Origin: Candidatus Bathyarchaeia archaeon
GTDB taxonomy: Archaea; Thermoproteota; Bathyarchaeia; 40CM-2-53-6
Direction: 5' to 3'
Assembly: GCA_049513715.1 (NCBI GenBank)
Contig: JBEKVV010000002.1
Location: 320,001-384,000, forward strand
DNA length: 64,000 nucleotides
Below, piece after piece: positions 37,336-47,453 of the stretch (positions within the stretch are counted from its first letter, which is position 1; each line of letters begins with the position of its first letter). Under the pieces are notes generated by a model. That model ran no database searches. It saw only the letters and a list, made by a program, of their open reading frames with translations, and was not told the DNA's origin. Position numbers and translations under genes: made by a program.

Positions 37336-37878
37336 TTACTTGGGTTTCGATGGTTTCGATTCTTTGTACTCAATCGCTATGATGAGAGCCACAAGCAGGA
37401 TGATTAGAGTTACTCCGACTGGGCCGCGGAGTTCTAGGCTCAGCAGGCCAACGTATGGGAGTTTCACCACATAAACGCCCATCAAATTTGCGGTCGGCAC
37501 TCGCCACCCGTCTTGCACTGGGTTGTTGTCGCCTTTCGTTTCAAAGAAGATGGAGCCACTCTGGTTGTCCACAGCAATAACGCGATGAACAATCGGCATG
37601 TTCCAATCGTTCGGGCTGTGGAAAATAATTATTGTTCGAACGGTGACGGTCCGGGGGTCAACTCCTCTGACGAGTATTATGTCGCCAACGTTCAATGTCG
37701 GAATCATGCTTCCCGACGAAACCACCATGAGTGGCGACTCAGTGCGCAACGCTATGCGGAGGCCATCCACGCTGCCATAAGTCACGACGAAGAGTATCGC
37801 TATGAGAAGTATGACGCGTGCTGTTGGGTTCTTCTTGAAGAACCTCATTATCTTGGATAGGGCGTTGTCCTCTTTCAA
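37336..37878 (-). CDS. Signal peptidase I (Sec11 type)
   Basis: VVSSGSM.P, GD, IVHRV, TKGDNN. Confidence 0.93.
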   Translation of the reverse strand: MKEDNALSKIMRFFKKNPTARVILLIAILFVVTYGSVDGLRIALRTESPLMVVSSGSMIPTLNVGDIILVRGVDPRTVTVRTIIIFHSPNDWNMPIVHRVIAVDNQSGSIFFETKGDNNPVQDGWRVPTANLMGVYVVKLPYVGLLSLELRGPVGVTLIILLVALIIAIEYKESKPSKPK

Positions 37879-37949
37879 AGGTGGGTCGCAGCACGGAATT
37901 CATTCATTATTCATATTGCTTTCGTATTTGTGCAAAGTCAGTACGCGTC

Positions 37950-38363
37950 TTATTGGGGTGGGGGTTCTTGGGCTTGGCTTTGCATCATCCGTGACAATTC
38001 GAGTGTTGCACGTTCGCCTGCTTCCAAGAAACCCATTCCGCTTTCTGTGATCTTGTAGATTCGTCTTCCGCGTCCCTTCTCTGATTCCCACTCACCTTGG
38101 ATGTAACCCTCCTCTTCAAGTGAATGAAGCAACGGGTAAAGCGTTCCTGCACTTAGGTACACTCGGAATCTGTCTCGGATGGAGATGTTCACCTCATAGC
38201 CCCACTGAGGCTTTTGGCGCAATAGCCTCAGAATGATCAGGTCGAGGTTGTTTTTCACAACCCTTTCGCGCCAATCTTTCTCGATATTCCTAATCAAATC
38301 CGAAGCCTCAAGGAGCCGTGGACTCATATGGTCTATTGTACATACTTCGATGGCGCTCTTCAT
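37950..38363 (-). CDS. PadR family transcriptional regulator
   Basis: LDLIILRLL...WGYE...GTLYPLL..LE..GYI...RRIYKIT..G. Confidence 0.9.
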   Translation of the reverse strand: MKSAIEVCTIDHMSPRLLEASDLIRNIEKDWRERVVKNNLDLIILRLLRQKPQWGYEVNISIRDRFRVYLSAGTLYPLLHSLEEEGYIQGEWESEKGRGRRIYKITESGMGFLEAGERATLELSRMMQSQAQEPPPQ

Positions 38364-38418
38364 TATAAGTGCCCCGCAAATGGAACATTGCGGTTCACAC
38401 GGGCCGTTTAGTGAGAAT

Positions 38419-38646
38419 TCATTCTGCTATTTCGACTTGGCTACCTTGCCCGAGCCCTAGTGGGGGTTCCTCGAACTGGACTACTAGGAAATCATCTTCA
38501 ATGCCAAGGACTTTTCCGTTGAAGTCCTTTGTTTTCGAGAAATGAAAGCTTGTATTATGGCCGATTAGACGCTGAAGGTCACTTTCGGAAACTGTTACCC
38601 AAGCTTTGTTCAAGGCATCATCGAACGTGATTACTACTCCTATCAT
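38419..38646 (-). CDS. Hypothetical protein
   Basis: 75-aa ORF co-oriented with its neighbours. Confidence 0.5.
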   Translation of the reverse strand: MIGVVITFDDALNKAWVTVSESDLQRLIGHNTSFHFSKTKDFNGKVLGIEDDFLVVQFEEPPLGLGQGSQVEIAE

Positions 38647-38710
38647 CTAGAACCCCGCAACCTAGACTAGGCGGGAGTGTTCTTGAAGTTTTCTTGCCCG
38701 AGGGTTTGGC

Positions 38711-39193
38711 TTAATTCTCGTGCCTGCCAATCATCTGGAGCCTTTGCTTTCGTCTACGTTCAGCCTCGGTCCATCGTCGCTTCTCTTCCTCTGTTTGCGG
38801 CGTCAACTCCGGCACTGGGGTGGCTTTCCCGTTCTTATCAAGCGCAACGTACGTTAGATAACACGTCCCTGTGTGCCGCACCTGCCCAGTTAGGGGGTTC
38901 TCTGCTTCAACGCGGACTCCGATTTCCATTGATGTTCTGTGGGCGTAATTCATCGATGCGATAAGGCGTAGCAGGTCTCCGATGTACACGGGAGAGAAGA
39001 AGTCCATGCGGTCAAGGGAAGCTGTGACCACGTTATTGCGGGCGTGCTTGAACGCAACGATTGAGGCCACCTCATCGATAAGCCTGAGGATTGTACCGCC
39101 GAAAACATTACCTGCAACATTCGCATCCATGGGCATCATTATCCTCTGCATCGTAGTCAAAGAATCACTCGGCGTCTTCGCAACGTGACTCAA
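38711..39193 (-). CDS. Acyl-CoA thioesterase (hotdog fold, YciA-like)
   Basis: DAN..GNVFGG.IL..IDE, VTAS.D..DF..P, TSMEIGV. Confidence 0.92.
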   Translation of the reverse strand: MSHVAKTPSDSLTTMQRIMMPMDANVAGNVFGGTILRLIDEVASIVAFKHARNNVVTASLDRMDFFSPVYIGDLLRLIASMNYAHRTSMEIGVRVEAENPLTGQVRHTGTCYLTYVALDKNGKATPVPELTPQTEEEKRRWTEAERRRKQRLQMIGRHEN

Positions 39194-39532
39194 GTCTCAT
39201 CAACTCAACCCGCAGGACGATCAGCACGGATAATTGTTTGCCTTCGACCTAGGCTGGATGAATCTGTCCGGGTCTTGGAAATTCCAGGGTCTTCATATAC
39301 CACTCTTTAGCATCCACTATTGAAACGTGGACCATAGGTACCCACCATACCACATCATGGATGCAGGCCATTTCCAGTGGGCTGGACTGGACAGAACGGA
39401 AGATGTAGGCCGCAAATGAGAGGCGCTTTCCCTGGGAAAGTACATACTTTTCACCTTAGTTTTGGTTTGGAAAGGATTAATATGCATGAAAACTAACCCG
39501 CCGACTAGTTCACCCATCACGGTGGTTAAGAA

Positions 39533-41200
39533 ATGGAAACTATTCAGATTGAAAGACCAGAGACTAAGCAGATCAGAGAAACCAGAAGCATCTGCCCTGA
39601 CTGCAACAAGATCCTCCCAGCAAGCGTCTACGAACGTGAAGGGAAGATTTGGTTAGGCAAAACCTGCCCAGACCATGGCGAGATCGAGGAATTGTATTTC
39701 GGCTCATCCGATATGTACTACAAGTTCGCCAAGTACTCGCATAACGGGAAGGGTATTGAGAACCCGAACGTGCCATTGGAGAAATGTGCCTGCCCGACAA
39801 ATTGTGGGCTATGCACAAGCCACCTTAGCCACTCGGGCCTGACTAACCTGGTCATCACAAACCGTTGCGACCTAACATGCTGGTACTGCTTCTTCTACGC
39901 CAAGAAAGGTGTGGAGGGTGCTTACGTTTACGAGCCAACTCAGGAGAAGATTCGTGAGATGGTTAAAGTTCTACGCGCAGAGCGACCAGTACCAGGTAAC
40001 GCAATTCAAATCACAGGTGGAGAGCCCACTCTCCGAAGCGACCTTGAGGACATCGTAAGAATCTGCAGGGAGGAAGGCGTTGAGCACATCCAACTGAACA
40101 GCAACGGAATCAACCTGGCCCAGGATGCTGACATGGCGAGAAGAGTAAGGCAAGCTGGCGTTAACACGGTCTACATGAGCTTCGACGGCGTCACACCCAG
40201 AACCAACCCGAAGAACCACTGGGAAGCACCAATGGCAATTGAAAACTCCAGAAAAGCTAACCTAGGAATCGTCCTCGTGCCAACCGTCATTAAGAGCATC
40301 AACGACCACGAACTTGGCGGCTTGATCAGATTCGGGCAAAGAAACATGGACGTTATTCACGCTGTCAACTTCCAACCAGTCTCATTGACTGGCAGGCTCA
40401 GCAAATCCGAGAGGGAGAAATACCGAATAACCATCCCCGACTGCATCGAACGCATCGAGGAACAGACGAACGGAGAAGTCACGAGAGATGCGTGGTTCCC
40501 AGTTCCGAGCTGTGTCCCGATAACGCACTTCGTGGAGGCACTGACCAAACGCCCCAGATACGAGCTGTCAATCCACTTCGCATGCGGCGCGGGTACCTAT
40601 GTCTTCAAAGACGGCGACAAGCTTGTCCCAATCGCTTCATTCGTGGACCTCGAAGGTCTTCTCGAGTACTTGGAAGAGAAGGCCGACGAACTCAGAGCTG
40701 GCCAGAGCAAGTATCTAGTCATAGCCAAAGTACTCGCAAAAATGGGAACATTCATAGACCGAAGCAAGCAACCAAAGGGACTAGCGCTCAGCAAGCTACT
40801 GTTCAACGCACTCGTCAAGAACGACTACAGAGCCTTGGGAGCGTTCCATCACAAGTCAATGTTCCTCGGCATGATGCACTTCATGGACAAGTACAACCAC
40901 GATGAAGAACGCCTGCGAAGATGCGACATACACTACATGAGCCCCGACCTACGAATCATTCCCTTCTGCGCCTTCAACGTGATTCCGGAATGGTACAGGG
41001 ATGCGATTCAACCAAAGTACGGAATCCCAATCGCAGAATGGGAGCAGGCGCACGGCACCACGATCGAAAAAGGCCTCTACAAAGGTACACTCCGCAAGGG
41101 CAAGGGACATGCAGCAGGCTGCGGATGCCCACTCGGTGCACTCAACACACCAAGCTCGGACCTTTTAACCATCGAAAACGGCATGATACAGGGCAAGTAG
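39533..41200 (+). CDS. tes: Tetraether lipid synthase (GDGT-MAS, MJ0619-like radical SAM)
   Basis: SICPDC..KTCPDHG, CPTNCGLC..H.SH, TNRCDLTCWYCFF, NFQPVSL.GR, H..CG, RCDIHY..PD.RIIPFC. Confidence 0.9.
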   Translation: METIQIERPETKQIRETRSICPDCNKILPASVYEREGKIWLGKTCPDHGEIEELYFGSSDMYYKFAKYSHNGKGIENPNVPLEKCACPTNCGLCTSHLSHSGLTNLVITNRCDLTCWYCFFYAKKGVEGAYVYEPTQEKIREMVKVLRAERPVPGNAIQITGGEPTLRSDLEDIVRICREEGVEHIQLNSNGINLAQDADMARRVRQAGVNTVYMSFDGVTPRTNPKNHWEAPMAIENSRKANLGIVLVPTVIKSINDHELGGLIRFGQRNMDVIHAVNFQPVSLTGRLSKSEREKYRITIPDCIERIEEQTNGEVTRDAWFPVPSCVPITHFVEALTKRPRYELSIHFACGAGTYVFKDGDKLVPIASFVDLEGLLEYLEEKADELRAGQSKYLVIAKVLAKMGTFIDRSKQPKGLALSKLLFNALVKNDYRALGAFHHKSMFLGMMHFMDKYNHDEERLRRCDIHYMSPDLRIIPFCAFNVIPEWYRDAIQPKYGIPIAEWEQAHGTTIEKGLYKGTLRKGKGHAAGCGCPLGALNTPSSDLLTIENGMIQGK

Positions 41201-41352
41201 GCAAGCCAACGAAGGCTTGGCCACTCGCCGCCGTTTTCATCTTTTCCTAATCAAGTAATTTGGCTTACGGTAAGCTCCGCTGGGTGACCTGAAGATTTTT
41301 CTGTCAAGCCTATTCTAAAAGGAATCCGTTCGACACGGGAGTCAGTAGTGAT

Positions 41353-42816
41353 ATGAATAGCGATTATGACCTGATCATTGCTGGAGGCGGAATCGGTGGG
41401 ATGATAACTGCAGCCTCTGCTGCAAAGCACTCACACCAGCACCCGAAGATTCTCGTCATTGACCGGAACCCCAGGGAGGAGGCCGGCAAGAAAACGGCCA
41501 CTGGCTGGATCTGCGGCGACGCTGTCAGCAAAAACAGCGTGGACTTCCTCGCCTCGGAGATTGGAATCCAATACGGAGAGCCTGAATTGGAGCATAAGGT
41601 CCATGGTGTGGTTGCCTACTCACCCGACCACCAATCTAAAGCCATGTTCGACGGTCCGGGATTCGTTCTGAACCGTAAGGTCCTACCCCAGAGACAAATT
41701 GCAGACGCTGAGAAACTTGGCGTGGAATTCCAATTCGAAACCTATGCAGAAGCGCTTCTTGCCGAAAACGGTTCCATATGCGGCGTCGCATGCCGCTCGT
41801 CCAAGGACAATTCCAAGTTCAAACGCACAGCAAAACTTGTAGTTGATGCAACCGGCGCAGCTTCGAGGTTGAGAACTGGTCTACCGATTGCGAGCTACAT
41901 CGAGAAAGAGATCGACAAAGAGAACGACATGGAATCAACAGGACGCTACATTCTCCAGTTTGAAGCAGCCACCAAAGACGACACATTCTTCAACCCAGAC
42001 TACGCCCTCATCCACTTGGATCAAGAGATCGCACCTGGGGGATATGCCTGGGTTTTCCCCAAAGGACCAAACAAAGCGAACATTGGACTGGGTGTTCAGA
42101 AACGAATTCTCCAACAGCGAAACAAGAAAATGGGAAAGAGGGACACGCTGCAAAGCCTAATTGATGAATACGTTCGAATGAACCCTGTGTTCAAGAGTTG
42201 GAAACCATCGGAAGGCCAAGAGGATAAGGGAAATGAACGTGGGAGCTGGCAAGTCCCCGTCCGAAGGCAGAACGACTGCCTAGTAGCAAACGGCTACATG
42301 ATCGTTGGCGATGCCGCATGGATGCCCCGCCCAATTGATGCAGGCGGCATAGGGCCCGCAATACATGCCAGCGTCATCGCCGGAGCAGTAGCCGCCGAAG
42401 CCTTAGAGGCAAAAGACACGAGTGAACGCGGTCTCTGGAAATACAACACCGAATACGTTAGGACATATGGTTACCGGATGGCAAGTTCCGAGGTCCTTAG
42501 GAGGTTCCTGCAGATAATTAGCAACGAGGACCTGAATTATGGAATGAAACATTTCTTGAATCAAGATGATGTCGATAAGATCATCAAGAGAGAACACCCA
42601 GAATTCAAGAGCGTAGGTTATGGCAGCCCAATGAAAATCCTAGCAGCCTTACCGCGATTAGCTTTGGCAAGGGGGCTTCGATATACTGCCCAGAAGAGCA
42701 CGAAACTCATCGGGCACTACATGAACTACCCACAAACACCCGATGACTTTACAGAATGGCATAGACGCTTCAAGGCTGAACTGCAAGAAGCGTATACAAG
42801 ATTTTCTCTTCCGTAG
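41353..42816 (+). CDS. Geranylgeranyl reductase family flavoprotein
   Basis: GGGIGG, ICGDAV, PGGYAWVFP, VGDAA..P.P...GGI. Confidence 0.87.
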   Translation: MNSDYDLIIAGGGIGGMITAASAAKHSHQHPKILVIDRNPREEAGKKTATGWICGDAVSKNSVDFLASEIGIQYGEPELEHKVHGVVAYSPDHQSKAMFDGPGFVLNRKVLPQRQIADAEKLGVEFQFETYAEALLAENGSICGVACRSSKDNSKFKRTAKLVVDATGAASRLRTGLPIASYIEKEIDKENDMESTGRYILQFEAATKDDTFFNPDYALIHLDQEIAPGGYAWVFPKGPNKANIGLGVQKRILQQRNKKMGKRDTLQSLIDEYVRMNPVFKSWKPSEGQEDKGNERGSWQVPVRRQNDCLVANGYMIVGDAAWMPRPIDAGGIGPAIHASVIAGAVAAEALEAKDTSERGLWKYNTEYVRTYGYRMASSEVLRRFLQIISNEDLNYGMKHFLNQDDVDKIIKREHPEFKSVGYGSPMKILAALPRLALARGLRYTAQKSTKLIGHYMNYPQTPDDFTEWHRRFKAELQEAYTRFSLP

Positions 42817-42909
42817 TGAGATTTGCGAGCCGCCTCACGGTGGCAGCATTCACACATCAAATTCAAATAGGCCAAGGCTCGAAGCAAACTCGGAGCCAAC
42901 GAGCAGCCA

Positions 42910-43295
42910 TGCAGGAATTCCTTGCACGTGTCAACCCGAAGCAGAAGAAGATATTCACCTCATTGAGGTCTGCGCTCAATGCTTTACCTGAGGTTGAGGA
43001 GTCGATCGAAATCGATGATGTTTCAGGCGAGTGGTGCCCAGCATACAGGGTTAGAGGCACCGACTTGGCTTGGGTCCGCTTCGAGGACCAGCTGGCAGTC
43101 ACCTTTCCAGTTGAGCCCAATTTCGAGAAGAAAGTGTATCAAGATGAGAACTTGGATAGTTCCGTGGTGGATCAAATTAAGGAAGCGGAGGAATCAGGCG
43201 AGATCAAGTGGGCCTCAGTAGATATCAAGTCCACTGAGGATGTTGACAATGTATTTCCCGTATTGAAGCTAAGGCATTCGATCCTGATGGCATAG
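42910..43295 (+). CDS. Hypothetical protein
   Basis: Acidic 128-aa ORF from the ATG at 42910 (longest ORF starts at 42816). Confidence 0.6.
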
Positions 43296-43661
43296 CTCTC
43301 TCATCTGTTGGTGGTGGGAATAGGCCTTCGTTTAGTTCTTACTGCAAGACATTAACCCGCCAATAACTCCTTTCGAATAGAGCGCTCCGACCGACATCTC
43401 CGAGTCAGAGCCTATTGGTCCACGTATCTGGATATGATTGGCGCACCTACACAAACCACAACCAGACCTAGACCGGAGGGTCTACAAGCGGCAGACCACT
43501 CAAGTTGCAAGTGGTTCAGATGTGTATACTAAGAGCAAACATTGTGAAGAACTGCCGAAAATGCCAATCCTCCTACAAGACTCAATGTGGCCTACGTAGA
43601 AGGGCACCCATCAAGGCCTACTTCGACGGCAAGGACAGAAAATCGGCATAAGCTGCGTTTG

Positions 43662-44468
43662 TCAACGCGGCCGAGTTCGTTGCTCAGGGCGGGCTGTTGC
43701 AGTCGTATCTTTGGCTGCTTCAGTATCGGCCCACAGAAATTCGAAGTAGTTCTTCGCGAATTTCGCAAGCCCAATATGGTCTGACCATATCGCTAGCCCG
43801 ATAGCCTCTTCGCCCTCTTGACCCAGCAGAAGGATTACTTCGCGGCCATCTGCGATTATGCCGCCACCATACATCTGCTCTCGAGACCTCACCTCACAGA
43901 GCTTGGATAGCCTCATCATGGCGTCGCTGGGGGGTTGTTTCATCGTCATGAGCTGAACTTTCACTCCTCGTTCCACGATGCTCTTGACTAATGGAATGAG
44001 CATTTCCGCGACTTGGTCGGGGATCGTGGGGACTGCTGCGAGAATTTCTTTTTGGACACGCTGAATTGTCTCTCTAATCTTCGCGAGGACGTTGAAGTTT
44101 CCTCGCACAATCCAAATGTCAGGCCTCTCGCGGACCCCCTTCTTCTCGTAAATGGGTTGGAGTTCCTCAAGCACCAACGATTCGTTGGTCTTAAGGGCGT
44201 CCTCACGTTGCGACCTTGCAATTTCCATCGCTACGGAAGGTGGCTTTGGGTAGTACTTGCTCGGTCGACCGTGCTCCATCTCGATCCATCCTTTCTTTTC
44301 GAGTGAGCCGAGAACCTCGTAGATCTTGGAGTACGGAACGGTGGAGGCTTCACTGAGTTCACTTGCAGTGGCTGGTCCGATTTCAAGGAGTGAAGTGTAT
44401 GATCGGATTTCGTAGTCGGTCAATCCGAATTCTTGAAGCGAACGTTTGACCTTGTCGCTTATGGTCAT
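43662..44468 (-). CDS. TrmB family transcriptional regulator
   Basis: L..FGLT.YE...Y..LL, VPYSKIYEVL.SLE.KG. Confidence 0.92.
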   Translation of the reverse strand: MTISDKVKRSLQEFGLTDYEIRSYTSLLEIGPATASELSEASTVPYSKIYEVLGSLEKKGWIEMEHGRPSKYYPKPPSVAMEIARSQREDALKTNESLVLEELQPIYEKKGVRERPDIWIVRGNFNVLAKIRETIQRVQKEILAAVPTIPDQVAEMLIPLVKSIVERGVKVQLMTMKQPPSDAMMRLSKLCEVRSREQMYGGGIIADGREVILLLGQEGEEAIGLAIWSDHIGLAKFAKNYFEFLWADTEAAKDTTATARPEQRTRPR

Positions 44469-44553
44469 GAGTGTCCGGGTCCTAGTTTTCGGAGAACTGG
44501 AGACTGTTGCGAGCTATGAAATATAAGATTTCACAACTGGGAGTGGTTAAAGG

Positions 44554-45000
44554 CTAGTGGTGCGCTTCCGTGGAAACCCAATATGCATTCCTAGTTGTGA
44601 ACTCCTTTTTCCAGATTGGAACTTCCTTCTTCACTCTTTCCACCGTCTCCGACAGAGCAGGGAACACATCTTGGCGGTGTTTTCCCAACACCGCGACGAA
44701 CAGGCTTGGTTCACCCACCTTCACCGCGTCGATGACGTGATGAATAGCCAACTCAATAATGCCTGGCCGTTCGAGCATAGCCCGCCTAATCTCCTCCATG
44801 CGCTTCAGGGCAACCTCCTCATACGCCTCGTATTCGAGATGCGTGACCTTGGCATCCGTTCCATGCACTGGGTCTTCCCGTACCACACCGACAAAACTCG
44901 CAACCGCCCCGCCCTCATGATACCTAGGGAGCCGAGTGAAATTGTTTAGAATCTGCTGGAGGTCAATTTCCCCTTTCCTGTGAAGCCCAATCGCTTCCAA
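44554..45000 (-). CDS. moaE: Molybdopterin synthase catalytic subunit
   Basis: GAVASFVGVVR, LEYEAY, KVGE, HR, K..VPIWKKE. The TTG at 45000 is the likely start. Confidence 0.92.
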   Translation of the reverse strand: MEAIGLHRKGEIDLQQILNNFTRLPRYHEGGAVASFVGVVREDPVHGTDAKVTHLEYEAYEEVALKRMEEIRRAMLERPGIIELAIHHVIDAVKVGEPSLFVAVLGKHRQDVFPALSETVERVKKEVPIWKKEFTTRNAYWVSTEAHH

Positions 45001-45080
45001 ACAGCAGCACCTTAAGTCAGGATTCAGCCGACCATGCATGAAAACTAAGCGCCAAAACGATGATGCGGACGCAGGTCCGG

Positions 45081-45320
45081 CTAACCTGTGGGTTTAGTTT
45101 CGGCCTTCATCTTCTCCAAGTGCTGCCCTTCAGTGTCGAACTTCGTTCCGATGATTTGGACTTGGTAGATGGTTTTAGGGGCGTTGCAGAATTCGCACGG
45201 TGGGCCGAAGCCGTCCGGGTTGGGTGAGGTTCTGAGCCAGAGCTGGTTGACTCCGGCGTAAGTCAAGTCAAGCTTGACCTTGTCTTTGGCACAATCCTCG
45301 CAAAGGTAGAAAGGCATCAT
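45081..45320 (-). CDS. Small CxxC...CxxC zinc-binding hypothetical protein
   Basis: CEDC and CEFC. Confidence 0.6.
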   Translation of the reverse strand: MMPFYLCEDCAKDKVKLDLTYAGVNQLWLRTSPNPDGFGPPCEFCNAPKTIYQVQIIGTKFDTEGQHLEKMKAETKPTG

Positions 45321-45701
45321 TCACACGGTTTCGGTTAGTGGTTTGAGAGAATATTAACACTGCTGTGAACTGTTGACCATACTCGGTCTGAGCTTGAAGA
45401 AACGGTTCGGGCTTCGAGAAGACGAATCGCCGAGCGGTGGCTCTATGGGTTGCAGTCGGGTGCGGGGTTTATGGGCGTTAGGCGACTCGGGGTAAATGCC
45501 TTCTCAACATTGGGTGTTCAGGTTAACTCTGATTCCCTCATCGTCGCACCACAACAATGCCTCGGCTGTTTGTTTAAGCGTTCTCTGAGCTGAGATCCTA
45601 GCTTAGTTATCTCAGGAGTGAGAGATTGACTGTCCCAACTACGCGTAGGAAATTGTGAGAAATTCCACTTGGATTCTAACCATCTTAAATAGAATCGTGC
45701 T

Positions 45702-47420
45702 GTGAATATGCGCGAACAGTCATCAGGGGTCAGGGTTGGTTTGAGACATTCAAAGACGCTATTCCTATTATGGGTCATGCTTGCGGGAATCATGTTCTAT
45801 GTCGTGCCGAGTGTTCACGGAGCTGTCTCGGTTTCCATCACACCAGGATCGCAAGTGATGTCGCAGTTCGGTGCATCGACTTTCACGATCAGCCTGCCTG
45901 GCGCGGTTTATGCCGGGTCACCTTACGCTCTTGCGATTTCTGGTTTGGGAGCATCTTTTCCATTCTCTCCCAACCCTGTTTCACCTCCCGCCACGAGCGT
46001 CTTGACAGTAGATTTGAGCAGTTTCTTTGCGTGTCCGGGAACCTACCCGTTCACAGTGACGGCTGCAAACGCCACTGGGCACGGCTCGGGGACTTTTCCA
46101 GACGCTGGAACTGGGACTGCCAGTTTTACCGTCATCCCGTATGGGCCGCCGTTGCAAGTAACCGTTACGACGGACAAGTCATCGTACCGTATCGGGGATA
46201 CTGTCACTATCCTGATTTCGGCCAATAGGCCTGCAGAAGGCCAACTAATGGTTCAAGGACCCTCAGGGACACCTGTCGTGGCCAGCTACAACATGGGGTA
46301 CGGCTACGGTGTCGGACCCTCGTACACTGTCCAGAAGACACTTGTGGTCAATACCGTCGGAAGATACACGGCCACATTCCAAGCCGACGATTTCTGCTCC
46401 GTGTCCGCCAGCCAAACCGCCTACTTTGATGTCACGCCCAATACCTTCGACGTATCCATCTCCCTGTCTGGTGTCCCGCCGGACGTTTCGGCTCCAGTAA
46501 AAGTTGACAACTCTTCGCAAGGCACCGTAGGCGGCTCTGAAATCAAGAAGCTCACCTTCCCCATAGACACGAGCCACCAGATTGCTGTCGACCAATATGT
46601 TCCGGGACAGACTGGGGTTAGATACTTTGCGGCACAAAACACATGGAGCATTAGTGCGACGGGCAGTCACACATTCGACTACGAGACTCAATACCTCTTC
46701 ACGGTCAAAACGGACCCTGACGGCGTAGCCCAAGTCACTGGGGGCGACTGGTTCAAGGAGGGTTCCTCTGCGCAGACAGGCCCAGCACCCCAAACCGTTC
46801 AGGGCTCTGCTGGAACTCAGTACATCTTCAAGGATTGGGAAGTGGATGGGGTGCCGCAATCTGGAAACCCGATCACGCTCACCCTCGATAAACAACACAC
46901 AGCTGTGGCCAAGTACGTAGTCCAGTACCAACTCATTGTCGACTCGCCTGGAGGGCAAGGGAACCCGCAAGGTTCGGGCTTCTACGACACGGGGTCAACA
47001 GCACAATTCTCCGTAACCTCACCTGTCGGGTTCTTAGTCCAACAGGTTTTCGTGAAGTGGGACGGGGATTATACAGGCACTTCCCCACAAGGCTCCGTTG
47101 TGATGGACAATTCGAAAATCGTGCACGCGGTGTGGGCCACGAGCTACTTCCAACTTGAAATTGTTGCGATAGCTCTCGTCGCAATTGCAGTGGTCGCAGC
47201 ATTGCTGCTCATGAAACGCCGGCGAGAAGGCCCTCCACCGGCTGTGAAACCAACGCCGCCGATGCCTGGAGAACCCGGAGCTGAGACCGGCGAACCGGCG
47301 CCGGCTCTGCCTGGTGAAAGCCTGAAGTGCAGTGAATGCGGGGCCGACGTCCCAAGCGGGCAGACTTTCTGCCACAATTGCGGCGCACCCATGGGACCGC
47401 CCAGCGAGCACCAAACTTAA
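45702..47420 (+). CDS. Membrane-anchored Ig-like repeat protein with cytoplasmic zinc ribbon
   Basis: Signal/TM, TDKSSY..GD.V, QY.F.V...G.W repeats, TM, Pro-rich linker, CSECG...FCHNCG. Confidence 0.8.
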   Translation: MNMREQSSGVRVGLRHSKTLFLLWVMLAGIMFYVVPSVHGAVSVSITPGSQVMSQFGASTFTISLPGAVYAGSPYALAISGLGASFPFSPNPVSPPATSVLTVDLSSFFACPGTYPFTVTAANATGHGSGTFPDAGTGTASFTVIPYGPPLQVTVTTDKSSYRIGDTVTILISANRPAEGQLMVQGPSGTPVVASYNMGYGYGVGPSYTVQKTLVVNTVGRYTATFQADDFCSVSASQTAYFDVTPNTFDVSISLSGVPPDVSAPVKVDNSSQGTVGGSEIKKLTFPIDTSHQIAVDQYVPGQTGVRYFAAQNTWSISATGSHTFDYETQYLFTVKTDPDGVAQVTGGDWFKEGSSAQTGPAPQTVQGSAGTQYIFKDWEVDGVPQSGNPITLTLDKQHTAVAKYVVQYQLIVDSPGGQGNPQGSGFYDTGSTAQFSVTSPVGFLVQQVFVKWDGDYTGTSPQGSVVMDNSKIVHAVWATSYFQLEIVAIALVAIAVVAALLLMKRRREGPPPAVKPTPPMPGEPGAETGEPAPALPGESLKCSECGADVPSGQTFCHNCGAPMGPPSEHQT

Positions 47421-47453
47421 GCACCCTAACGCAACCTCAACGACAGAAACGTC

